The notes beneath the pieces were generated by a model. That model searched no databases, was not told the origin of the DNA, and saw nothing but the letters and a program-made list of their open reading frames with translations. A stretch of 62,225 bases of DNA, filler included, from Bipalium vagum (lineage: Eukaryota), in assembly GCA_037834085.1 (NCBI GenBank). It is 3 parts of 3 records of this genome, joined end to end, with 100 filler letters (N's around TTAATTAATTAA, not from the genome) between each part and the next. Parts side by side here need not be neighbours in the genome. Positions count along the whole stretch, not along the records: positions 1 to 18,614 come from JBBMKC010024309.1; 2 more parts are not named here. The stretch is one strand, 5' to 3'. Positions 1 through 11,200 of this stretch are shown here, one piece after another. The position numbers and the translations under genes are program-made. How positions within the stretch are numbered: the first letter of the stretch is position 1; each line of letters opens with the position of its first letter.

Positions 1-184
1 AACAAAAAATAAAAAGCCAAACAAAAATCGGTCAGAATTGTCTCAATCATTGTAATTTGATAACGATTTGAATAAAATTATTGAATCAAAAATTTGTTTT
101 CTCAGTGAATTTTAATTAAAGTCGAACACGAGCAAAAGCAACCTTCAACCGTTGAGACCTGAGTCACATACACGCTCCGACCTT

Positions 185-1130
185 TAACATCCTTTTTTAT
201 CCATCAACTTAGGATCTTAACACTGCAGTAGAACTCACAGAGTCCTTATTGGGGCTTACGGGGACAGTGCTCAATCAAAAGCCGCTTGCAAAAATGACTT
301 GCTGGTTTCTGAAATAGCGAATTAAAGGTGGAAGATAAAGAGCACCAAGGACAAACAAAATTGTTTGAAGATCAAGACCTGAAACCATTGGTGGTTGAAG
401 ACCCGTGCCAAACTCAAACTAAGTTATTAAATGCTTTTCAATCTTCAATTAGCCAACCTCTAAAACACATGAAAAAGGTAAATGAAGTAGAAAGATGGGT
501 ATTACACGAGCTTAAGATGAAATACATGGAAAAACGTAAAGTGAAATTTTTCTTGCTCAACAAGAAAAATTTCCTGCACTGAATTATTATGAGTGACAGA
601 AAGTGGATTTCTTTCAAAAATCCTGAGCACAGAAAAGCAATTTGCGATCCCGGACAGGCCTCCTAAACAACATCTTAAAGAAATATCCATGAAATAAAAG
701 GCTCTCCTAAGCATCTGGTAGGACCAAAAGGGTTTGATCCATCATGAGTTGCTAAAGAAAGGTGAAACGGTTTCAGGGGAGTTGTATCGAAAAGTTAATA
801 CTTCTGATCCGACATCGCACAAAAAAGAGCAAAATATGAGAAAATGCAGAATAAAGTAATTTTGATGCATGTCAACGTCCCGCTACACGTCAACAAACGA
901 GTCCAGGAATCATAAGAGTTGCTTCAATGAGAAGTGCTACCACATGTGGCTTATTCAACAGACTGCATTCCTTCGGAGTACCGTCTGTTTTGGTAGAAAG
1001 TACAATCACTTTTCGAGAAGCGCTTCCAATCATTCGATCACTGATTGGACAACCATCAAAGTTGCGATTTCTTTTATGGAGGGATTCATCAGCTTCCTGA
1101 AAAAAGGAAAAAAGTTATTATTAACGTTGT
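185..1130 (+). mobile_element. Degenerate mariner (Mos1-like, DD34D) transposase remnant
   Basis: Frameshifted motifs in mariner order: EDKEHQGQTKLFEDQDLKPLVVEDPCQTQ, RWVLHEL (WVPHEL), DRKWISF (DEKW), IWxDQKGLIHHELLKKGETV, NKVILMHVN (KVILLHDN). TIRs not recognised; boundaries approximate. Confidence 0.85.
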
Positions 1131-1319
1131 GTAATATTTTGAATAAATGTTTTTTTCGTTTCATGGTTACTTAATATTTATATTCCTTTTAAAATAAAAA
1201 AGCAATATCGTAAAATCCGTCGTTTTTTAGAGCTTATGAAATCAATGACAAAAGAAAAGTAACATGAAATTTTTTTATAATAATTTCTATTGTTCATGAC
1301 AACATTTTCCAAAAATTTG

Positions 1320-1634
1320 ACCAATTTATGAATCCGTCATAGAAAAATTGATGATGTTTCGACGAAATCCAATCATCTAACAATTTTTGAACATCTTCAT
1401 AATTCTTGAAGTTATACTCAGATAGACCGTGTGAAATGGATCGGAACAACTGTTAATCATACAAAGTAATGTTCGGTGAGTGCAGCGAGGGAAATCCAAC
1501 TTCAGGTTTTTTAATTTGTCTTTAACAATTTTAGCAACATGAAGACGGGTGTTGTCATGTAGTAGTATAACTTTCCAACGCCTGCATCCCTTTCTGATTT
1601 CCTTTTGTTTATTATAACATTTTATTCTTCCCAA
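1320..1634 (-). mobile_element. Mariner transposase 3' fragment
   Basis: ORF 1377..1634 contains [27 protein letters not shown], the HDNA catalytic region of mariner. Confidence 0.8.
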
Positions 1635-2046
1635 AGAATTTTTATTTTCTGTATTTCATTTTTTGTACATATAAATTTAATCAATAATTCACTAGTTAAT
1701 TTCCTGCTTTTTACAGGTTTCATTTACATTTCGGTACAATTGAATTACCATAATATAGCCTAAATAATAAAAAAAATTATAAAAATTGTCTAACCGAATG
1801 GTCATTAAATTGAAATATTCGTTTTTGTAAAACTCATTTATAAAGTAAAACAATATTTTAAAAAATTAAACATCCTACACTAGAAAATTAAAAATGAATT
1901 ATTTACTTTTTTGGTTTTTTTTTGATCGAGAAATATTGGGCAATTATTAATAATTTGTTTTGTTTAAAATTGAAAAATTGATTTGTCCGCGACTATCAAT
2001 ATTTAAGATTCACTCAATAAAGTCAATAAATTTCTGATTTTAATCA

Positions 2047-5000
2047 ATGAATTTATTATTTTCATGTTTTATTATTGTAATTATCAGAATTAAATTAACT
2101 GGTAGTCAAAATGATCATGATGTAATTTTTTATAAAAATTGATGAATAATAATGTTTACAGGATCTACTGCATAACACAATTAATGATGACTATAATTAT
2201 GATCATACTGCCATCTTAGGAAGAAGTGAAGCAGAAAGATTTAGCAAAATGTCTCCTGAAGAAAGTAAGGAAAAGTTCAGGTATGAAAAATCAAAATTTT
2301 CAATAATTTTCTTTACATTTCTGAATAACTATTAATTATATTATTTTAGTGAAATTATCGATAAAATGGATCTCAGTGGAAATGGTTTTATTGAAATAGA
2401 GGAGATGAAAAAATGGATTAAAGCTGTATTTGACAATATATTATCAGAGGATGTTGACGGTCAGTGGGCAGATCTTTGTCCGAAAGACAAGGATAAGATT
2501 GATTTTAAGCATTATGTTTCTAAAACATATAATGAAAGTAAGATTTAATTATGAAAGATGTTACATGTAAATTTCGTCATTATTTGTTGATTTAAAATTT
2601 CGGATTGTGACTTTTGAATTATCTGTGAAACAAATACGATATTTGATATAAAAATATTCCTTTAATCAATATTTCGTATTTTTAAAGGTTAAAACGTATT
2701 ATGGTTTGCTGCTTATCTATGAAAAAAATTTAAAACTTTGTAACTTTACTTTTTGATTCACCCAAGTATAATAAAATAATTTAATAAAATTAATTTAAAT
2801 TGTTTTTATCTAATTTAATTTTTTTATTGAAATGATTTGAATGGCTTATTCATTAGCAACAGGGCTTTTATATTAATCCTAAGAATGTGGTAATGAAAAT
2901 CAGATTTATAATCAAAACCTCAACTGTGTTTAACTGCTGAAATATAATTGAGAAATATATTCCTTATATTGTGTGAGGAGAATCATTTTAGTATTATGTA
3001 AACATTGAAAATGAACGATAAAAATAGAATAGAAGCATTTATTTAAACTACACATGTAGATTTGACACTCTTCCTCATTTTTCAGGTAGATTCATTATAT
3101 CTATATCACTGACAAATCTACTTTAAAAATTCTTTACATTTCTGCATAGAACTGGGTTTTACTCCATTTAGAGAGTTCTAATACTTAAATCCAAATAAAT
3201 GATAATCTGGTGGAATCATGTTCGAGCTACACGATGTATACATGATTAATTCCCAACTGTGATGCATCTTTAATTCAATCTTTGTCGGAACCTCGAAAAT
3301 AAGTGAGATCTAGCATTTTCATTCTAAAACACAATGGTCTTCCCGATATCAATTTTGGTTAATGTTTTTAACTGATCACAGTAAAGATCAACATGATATT
3401 TTGTTTTTATTTTTTAACTTAAAACATTGGCGTGTAATTAAATATATATCCTGTTTCAATGTCTTATATAATATGAATAATTAAATAAACGTTTTTCTTC
3501 CACGAAATATTACACAGATTAATCAGAGGCTAATGTTGACTTATTGAACAATATCTTTCCTTCAGCACATGCAACTACCTTAAAACATTTTACAAATAAA
3601 AATAGAAAGGAGCATTGGACAACCACTTATTTATTCGAAACCAATATCTATTTATAAATTATAAATATTATAATAAATAAATATATACCGTTATTGTTTA
3701 TCAATATTTTTTAATACGAACTCCAATTAAATAAGTGTCAAATAATTAATAAAATGAAATAAATAATAAGGTCTTCTAATAATATAAAAGAGTGGCAAGA
3801 AAAATAATTTCCTGTGATATGATAGTAAAAATTATTCACTTGCCGAATTAGGTTTTGAGAATTAATCCAACGCCATAATTGATTACTTAAATCAATTAGG
3901 CCATATTATTTTACCAAAGATCAATAGAGGAGAAATAAGAACAGAAAAAAAGATTTAATTAAATTAACCATGCGCAACTACAATGTTAAAAAGTGACTGC
4001 AAATCAGAAGGATCTCGTCGTCTAGTCAAAATTCTTTTTGAACCAGTTCTCGCTTATGATCAGTTATTATATTTGATGTTTTGATTTAATAGAACATTGT
4101 GTATATTGTTTTAGTTTCAATAATTTTAGATTTGCCATATTTATTAAGATATACTATATCATTTTTTCATTCCTCCCTTAGTTTTTTTTCTGAACACTAA
4201 ACATCTTCCCAAATATTATTATTTACAATATTGATTGAAAATTATTACTTAAAAATTGATATTTCCAAACTGATTTTATTTTACATAGCAGTTGCAAATT
4301 TAGGGAAAATTGAACATATTTAAAGAAAAATTATATTTTTATTTTTGAAGATCTCTTAAAAATGTTGACTTAAATTTGTAGTGGATTTGTAATCTGAATT
4401 TGGTGAGTTTCTAGAAAAAAAATTGGTCTTCAAATAAAATTATTCAAGTTTTTCTTGGAAAATTATTCAATAAATAACTGAAAGAGTGTTTACGATTCTA
4501 TATTGTTAATTTTGCTTTCGCTATTATGAATATTTATTTGTTTCTTTACAGGAAAATCTCCAGAACTCACAAAATTAATGAGCACTGAGGAGCGAAGATG
4601 GCTCGTTGCAGATTTAGATAACGATACGTTATTGAACAAATCTGAATTATTCAGATTTCTGCATCCAGAAGAATTTAATGACATGCGATCGTTGATTTCA
4701 CTGGTTATTTTATTAATTATTTTTAATTGATTAATTTTTCGATTATTAGTTAATCAATAATGTGAACTCTAAATTTAACATCCATTATTATTTTATAAGC
4801 TTTATTATCAATGTCAAAATAACTTTTTGATTGATTACCTTTTGTTGCCTTTTTTCTTTCATAAAATAAGAAAATGAATATCTTATACGAAATAAACGTA
4901 AAATTCAACCAATGACCTCATCAGTAGTTCATGAAAATATTTAGTATTGTAGACTAAAATGTATTTTAACATAGAATTATTTTAAATAATTTATTTTAAT

Positions 5001-6121
5001 AATAATAATATTTATAATATAAAATAATTTTGATAGGTTTTCAGCATTTGGTCTTAATTTAATTATATAATTAAAAAAAACATTCTAATTTTAGTTTAAT
5101 TTTTTATTTTGAATATTCTTTCTAATTTAGTTGAAAATTATCAATGATTATACCAGAAACTAAATATATTAGTTTGAGAGAAAAGTTTTGTCGCTTTTTC
5201 ATATATAATACTAATAATAATATATTTTTCATTTCGTAATACTAACTTTAAATCAAAAATATTATAAAATATCGATTAATATTTTATATTTATTGATAAA
5301 TAATAATAATAGTTCAAACGCTTCTATTCTGGAGACACATCATTGAAAACCAGTGTCGTTCAGGTCGATCATCAGCGATTGATAATAGCTCTTTAAAAGC
5401 CAAGATAATATACTTTTTGATCCAAGGATTTGAATTCATTTATTAATCACAATTTTTTTTATAAAGTATTAATTTTTAAAACAAGGTCGTTATTTTTTTA
5501 TTTTCAGGAATCTTTGGAGGGAATGGACTTAAATAACGATTCGGTGATAGATATCAATGAATATTTAAGTAAGTGGAGACAGTTCTAGCATGTCATTTTA
5601 AAAAAATAATTTCAAAAGATATTCTCAAGTTTTGTTTTCATAATAAGTCTATGATTATTACTCTTCTTTTATCCATGTTATATTAAATAATTCGAATTTC
5701 TATATTTATATTCATTATGTAGATGATCTTTTTCCTGAGGGAAAAGAGGTTAAGGAAGAATGGATTCGTAATGAAAGACGAAATTTCGGAATAGACAGAG
5801 ATTTGAATAAGGATGGTGTTATGGATGTGGAAGAGGTTCAAAATTGGCTTTTACCTGAAACTTATAATCGTGTTGATGCAGAAACTAGCCATTTATTCAA
5901 TCTGGCAGATGTTGATAAGGTAAATAATCGATATTTAAATAAAAATAATTTATCTAAATGATCCACAATGTATTATATTTTAAAATATTTATATTCTCAC
6001 TCTTTTGTATTGTATTTAGGATGGTGTTCTTTCTAAATTAGAAATGCTTAATAAATACCAGATTTTTGTTGGAAGTCGTCGTGATGAGAACGATTTATTA
6101 TTCAATCGAGAAGATTTATGA
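2047..6121 (+). CDS. Calumenin/reticulocalbin-like (CREC family) multi-EF-hand secretory-pathway Ca2+-binding protein, 7 exons, ~297 aa
   Basis: Phase-consistent GT-AG exons 2047-2121, 2162-2280, 2350-2537, 4552-4703, 5508-5568, 5723-5919, 6020-6121. Hydrophobic N-terminus MNLLFSCFIIVII; CREC motifs YNYDHTAILGRSEAERFSKMSPEESKEK, DLSGNGFIEIEE, ERRWLVADLDND...FLHPEEFNDM, DLNKDGVMDVEE, IFVGS; ends in REDL-stop. Confidence 0.92.
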
Positions 6122-6984
6122 TTTCATTTAATCAAAGTCCATTTCTAATGATATAAATGTGTTGTCTTCAAAATAGTCCTGTGTTTTTCTGTTATTGCAT
6201 TTTATAAATGAATGTTGTATTTATTTTGAAACTTGTTGGATTAATTATATTTATTTATCTGTTTTTGGACTTTAAAATAAAAATATTAACATAATTGATT
6301 AAATATTTTGAAAATTTTGGTTTGTTATATATTGGAACTAGCTTTCTTTCCATTTATCGTTGAGATTATAATTTTCATAAATCAGAAAATTTTAAGTTTT
6401 AAAATAATGTACATTATTATTTGCAGTGAAAGTAATAAATTTGACAATTGATGAGTGATTGTTTTAAAAATTCCGATCACCTGGACCGTAAATTTTGCTT
6501 CTAGTTAGTCGAACCATGATAATATTAATTGAGTAACAACCAGAAAATTTTAATAAAATTCAGATCAAACTCATTCAACTGAGGTAAATAACTAATCTTC
6601 TTTTCATCTCTCCTTATCTCATTTACTAATGGAGCACCGGAAGTTTACTGAGACCTCAGCTTGAATGTATTCGACTAAATAGAGAAAAGTAATTAATTCC
6701 ATTTTCATTCGGTTGTCTGCATCTCCTCTTATCCATTAACAAATGGAGAGCCGAGAGTTTCAATTATTCAGCTCAACCTTAACGTATTCATCTGACCTGA
6801 GTAATTAATTATTTAATCATGCAAAATAAATGTTTATTTTTTTATATGCAAAATGGGTAATTTTGAATTACTTAAATGATTATTATTTATTATTAAACAA
6901 AATGAAATATTTTTAAGCATTTATTATTTTCGTTTCGGATAAACGTTCTTTATTATACCTAGCTTCGATCACTGATGTAGTATT

Positions 6985-7390
6985 TCATCCGATGGGTATT
7001 TTGTCCAGTGTTTTGTAAGTTAATTTGTTCCTTTTTAATATTTGATGAATTTGCGACAAGCTAATATTTGTCAAATTTGGATATTTTTCGTTGTCAGATA
7101 AAACATTCAGACGTACTTCACTCCATGTTTATATAATAATTCTTTTGAACAAAGTTAACCATCTGTCCATTATATTATTTAATACCTTTGAACGTCCGGT
7201 TCTTTTTCAGATTTCAATTCTAGTTGTAGTCCGAAATCGTTTTTTCTTATAGAAGCAATAGTATTCTTCGAAATGTTTAAGGATTTGGCTATTGATACAT
7301 GTTTTGTTTTGGTTATAACTCTGGTTTATAATCACTTTTCACATATTGTTTGAATAAAAATTTCGAGGCATTAAAATTATTTAATAATTT
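6985..7390 (-). mobile_element. Heavily decayed Tc1-like transposase 5' half
   Basis: Minus-strand fragments KRTGRSK (GRP-type linker) followed downstream by an SDE-type first catalytic motif; many stops. Confidence 0.4.
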
Positions 7391-8226
7391 GAATTCCTAA
7401 TAGCAAATTAAGATAAACAAAAAATATTAATTATCGACAATTAACTCTGGTAAACATTTTCGAGAGTTCAACATTAGTAAAATCACTTTAATAAGTAATC
7501 CAAAGAACGTAAATAAAATACACAGATAAAAATAGATTTCTTATTCATACTTTTATTAGGGAATAGAAATTTGAAGTACACTCCTACATCAAACTTTTGT
7601 CACTTGAGAAATTAACTTTCTATGGATCACTGTACACCGAAAACATTCCACCCCATTTCTGGAAATAGTACAGAACAAATACAATACAACCCTCATAAAA
7701 TCCATTCATAAAACAAGATGGATTGTCTAATCCAACATAATTTTTTTTTAATGTACCTTATTTTCCATTTTATGGGCTGAAGTTTGTCTGTAAGCTGTTT
7801 GCAAACAAAATTGATTTTCAAATATATTGATACCAAATTATTTTTTCATTGTTAACAGATTACCAATTTCATGAAACAGTTTCTAACGTGTACTTGAGTA
7901 ATATTTTTCCATATTCAAATTAAAATAAAAATGGACTTCTTAAGTAACGGTATCTCAAGCAATCCCAATGTGCCTAGTTATGGATAATGTCTCATTCCAT
8001 AAGGCAATAGATGCTCTCACTTAAAAGAATAGCAAATAAACCAACCACATAAGTTATTTCATTTATTTTTCAATTTAAATAAAATTTCATTTCTCAAAAA
8101 AGCGGACTATCAAGGCAATAAGTAAAATAAAAATCTGAACATTACATAATTTTATTTTGTATAAAACATACGAAATCTAATCAATTAAAATCTCCTTTAC
8201 AAAACGATTTTCAGTAAGACAATGCA

Positions 8227-11200
8227 TTAATTCTTCCCAGCGTTGCTCACTGCGAATGAAGACAATTTTGAAGCAATTTCATTAAAACTTTCGTTACATT
8301 CGATAGGATACGTGAGGTTTTGTGTATATGTATTTCCTAAAATGAAAGAACATCAACGCATAAAATATTCAAAAATATCCCAAAAGTCATCAACAAACCA
8401 ACCTTTATTGTCCTCGATTTTTCGTGTCACCACAAAAACGAGCTTTGTTTTCAACAAGAGAAGTGGTGCCGAGAACAATTTATGTTCCCCGCCCAAAGTT
8501 TTGACTGGAATTTTAAATGAATTTTTCTTATTGATTGCACTGGAATGGGTTTGTGAATCAGAACAGCTTCGATTTCGACCTTTTTCATCCAGAGCCATTC
8601 GCTTCTTAAAACAAGAAACCACAGAAATCTATAGACAAAAAAAAGAAAACAATGCTCATACTTTCCCGTCGGTCATGGAAGGTCGACCGCGTTTTTTCTT
8701 CAATGACATTTCGTCATTAAAATCATCAATATTTTGCGATGTACCACCAGTCTAATCAATAATATTTTTTTCAAAAAATTTTTAAATGAATAATAATAAT
8801 CATAATTTTTTTTAAATGAATTTTTTAAAATTTTAAATGAATTTTTAATTAAAATTTTGACAATTTGATCGAATTTAAAATAAAATATTTTAATAAAAAA
8901 TGATTTTTATTTTCATTACAGAATCGATTTGTTAATTAAAATTAACTAATAAAAAAAAATCAATAGTAACCATATTATCAATATTCTGAAATCTACAGTC
9001 CATGTTTTGAGATGGTAGTGATAATTTTCTTTGAACGGCAGCGTTGCATTCCATTTTATCCTTAGCCTGTGTAAAAAATTATCGAGAAATATTAATTTTA
9101 ATATCAAAAAATATTACCATTTGAAAACTTTTATGAGACAGTCTACCGTAGCGTTTCGTTGGCGAAAATTTTCTTTTCAACCCATTAGCATTTGCATCCT
9201 GTAAAAATTGATAAAAAAATCATTGAAAATTCAAATTAAAATCTACAGGTCTTATATTTTTCCACGGAGGGCGTCCAAGGCGTTTTGGTTGCGGGAATGG
9301 TCTTTGAGTATTTTCACTTAGTTTGCCACCCATAATCTGGAAAAAACAATAATTAACTGATCTAACGTTTTATTATTATTGTACATGTTCCCCAATATCA
9401 TAAAGTTAGAGAAAACCAAGTATATGATAATCAGAATAAAATTTTAATAATCTATTTTAAGAATTTTAATTTTTTCCTTATAGATTTTCCTGTATCACGA
9501 ATTATTTTATTATAATTGAGAAATATTTTAATAAATTACTTTATACCTCAATACATAATTTTATTACATAAATCTATAAATATTAGATAAAACGATGTTA
9601 GAAATACAATATCAGTAAGAAAAGATCTTAAAAGGCCGAAAAGCCCAAAAACCGGTTCGATATTTGGTACAGTAAAACAAGTCTGGGTACTTTAAAGGAT
9701 AGATTCAACAAAGCACGAAATGACACTAATTTTAACAATTGATTGATTTGTTTTTATTGGTAAAATATTAGAAGTACAGAAAAATTATGCTCGATAAAAA
9801 TTCTTTAAGAGTTTTTATTTAACAGAGGACAGATCAGTTTTTTCTTGTTTCAATGAATGGTTCATCGAAAAATCATTTGAGATTGGTTTCATGAAAACTA
9901 CTTTTTAAAAAGATACTCGTTTGTGGTAGAAAGCGAAATTGTTAACAAAATTAATAATTACCATTGAACCGGTTTTGGAAGGTGAAAAGCTGGAAATACT
10001 ATGAATCAGAGAAGAATTGCTCTGATAACCAGAATTCGGATCGGTGTTCTCCCAATCCTAAAAATAACAAGTTTAAATCATCACAAAATCGATATCAAAT
10101 TCTACAGGAGAGTATTTGGAAATATTTTTCATTTTCCTGTTTCGAACGGAAATGCTATCGATCACCATAGAGCTGGAACTCGAAGAGTGTAGAGGTTGAT
10201 CTTCGTCATTGTTGTTATTATACGTAAGGATCGTTTTGGCTGTTGTGATGGCTTCATCTGGCAGTTCCATTCGAGGAATTATGATCTATGAGTAAAGTTA
10301 TTGATTATTGATCACTGACAAGAATATGGAGAGAAATTCAAAAGACGACAATGACAAACCTTTCTCTGTTTCGGACTCCTAGTGACGGACTCGGTATTGT
10401 CAAAATTGTACGATTCATTATGAACAACACTTTCCGATTTTCGTTTCAAAGCATTTCTGTGTTGTTCTTGAGCCCATGCTTGGGCCATTGCCTTTTCTTT
10501 CTCTCGTTTAATGTTTTCCTCTTCTTCTCGCTGTCTTTTCAGCTGCTCCATTTCTTCCTCTTTGCGCAGCTTTTCCAATTCTTCTCTTTGAGCCGCTGCC
10601 GGATCGTATTCGCCATAAATGTAAAGCATATCATCTTCATCTATATTTTTCATTTCTTCATGATCCTCGTGCAAAGCCTTCAATTGCTCAAGCTCCCAGG
10701 TCTGTTTGTTATTCTCTATTTGAATCTATAAGAAATAATTTCATGATAAAGAAAATAAATAGAAATTAAGATAACCGAGGAGAAATAATTAAAAATCAAA
10801 ATATATAGAAAATCGATAATTTTTATAAATAAATGACAAAAAAATCGATTAAATAGTGAATTTCCAATTCAAAAAGAGCAAAAACAGAATAACTTTAAAT
10901 ATAAGTCCATTTCGATAATTTTAATCTTTCTCTGCATAAAGTGTCACTCAATGGACAATATAGATTATTAACTTTGCTATTTAAAAAACCAATATTTTCA
11001 TAAACAAAAATATCAAAATTCAAAGATTTACGTCTTCCATTTCCAACTGCGTACACAAAACATTTTCTTCTGACTGTTCTATCCACGCCACACCGTAACG
11101 TTGCAGAGGATCCAATTGAGCGTTGAAATTTTCTAACTGAGACTCCATTTCAAATCGGAATTTGTTCTCATCGTATTCAGTTTTATTATTGCAACCGTCT

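Noticed and set aside
8243-8755. 170-aa plus-strand ORF, and others such as 10351..10731, 11342..11560, 12611..12820 and 47932..48132
   Set aside because: Antisense shadows of SRCAP or GPCR exons, mostly with non-ATG starts and no recognisable motifs.
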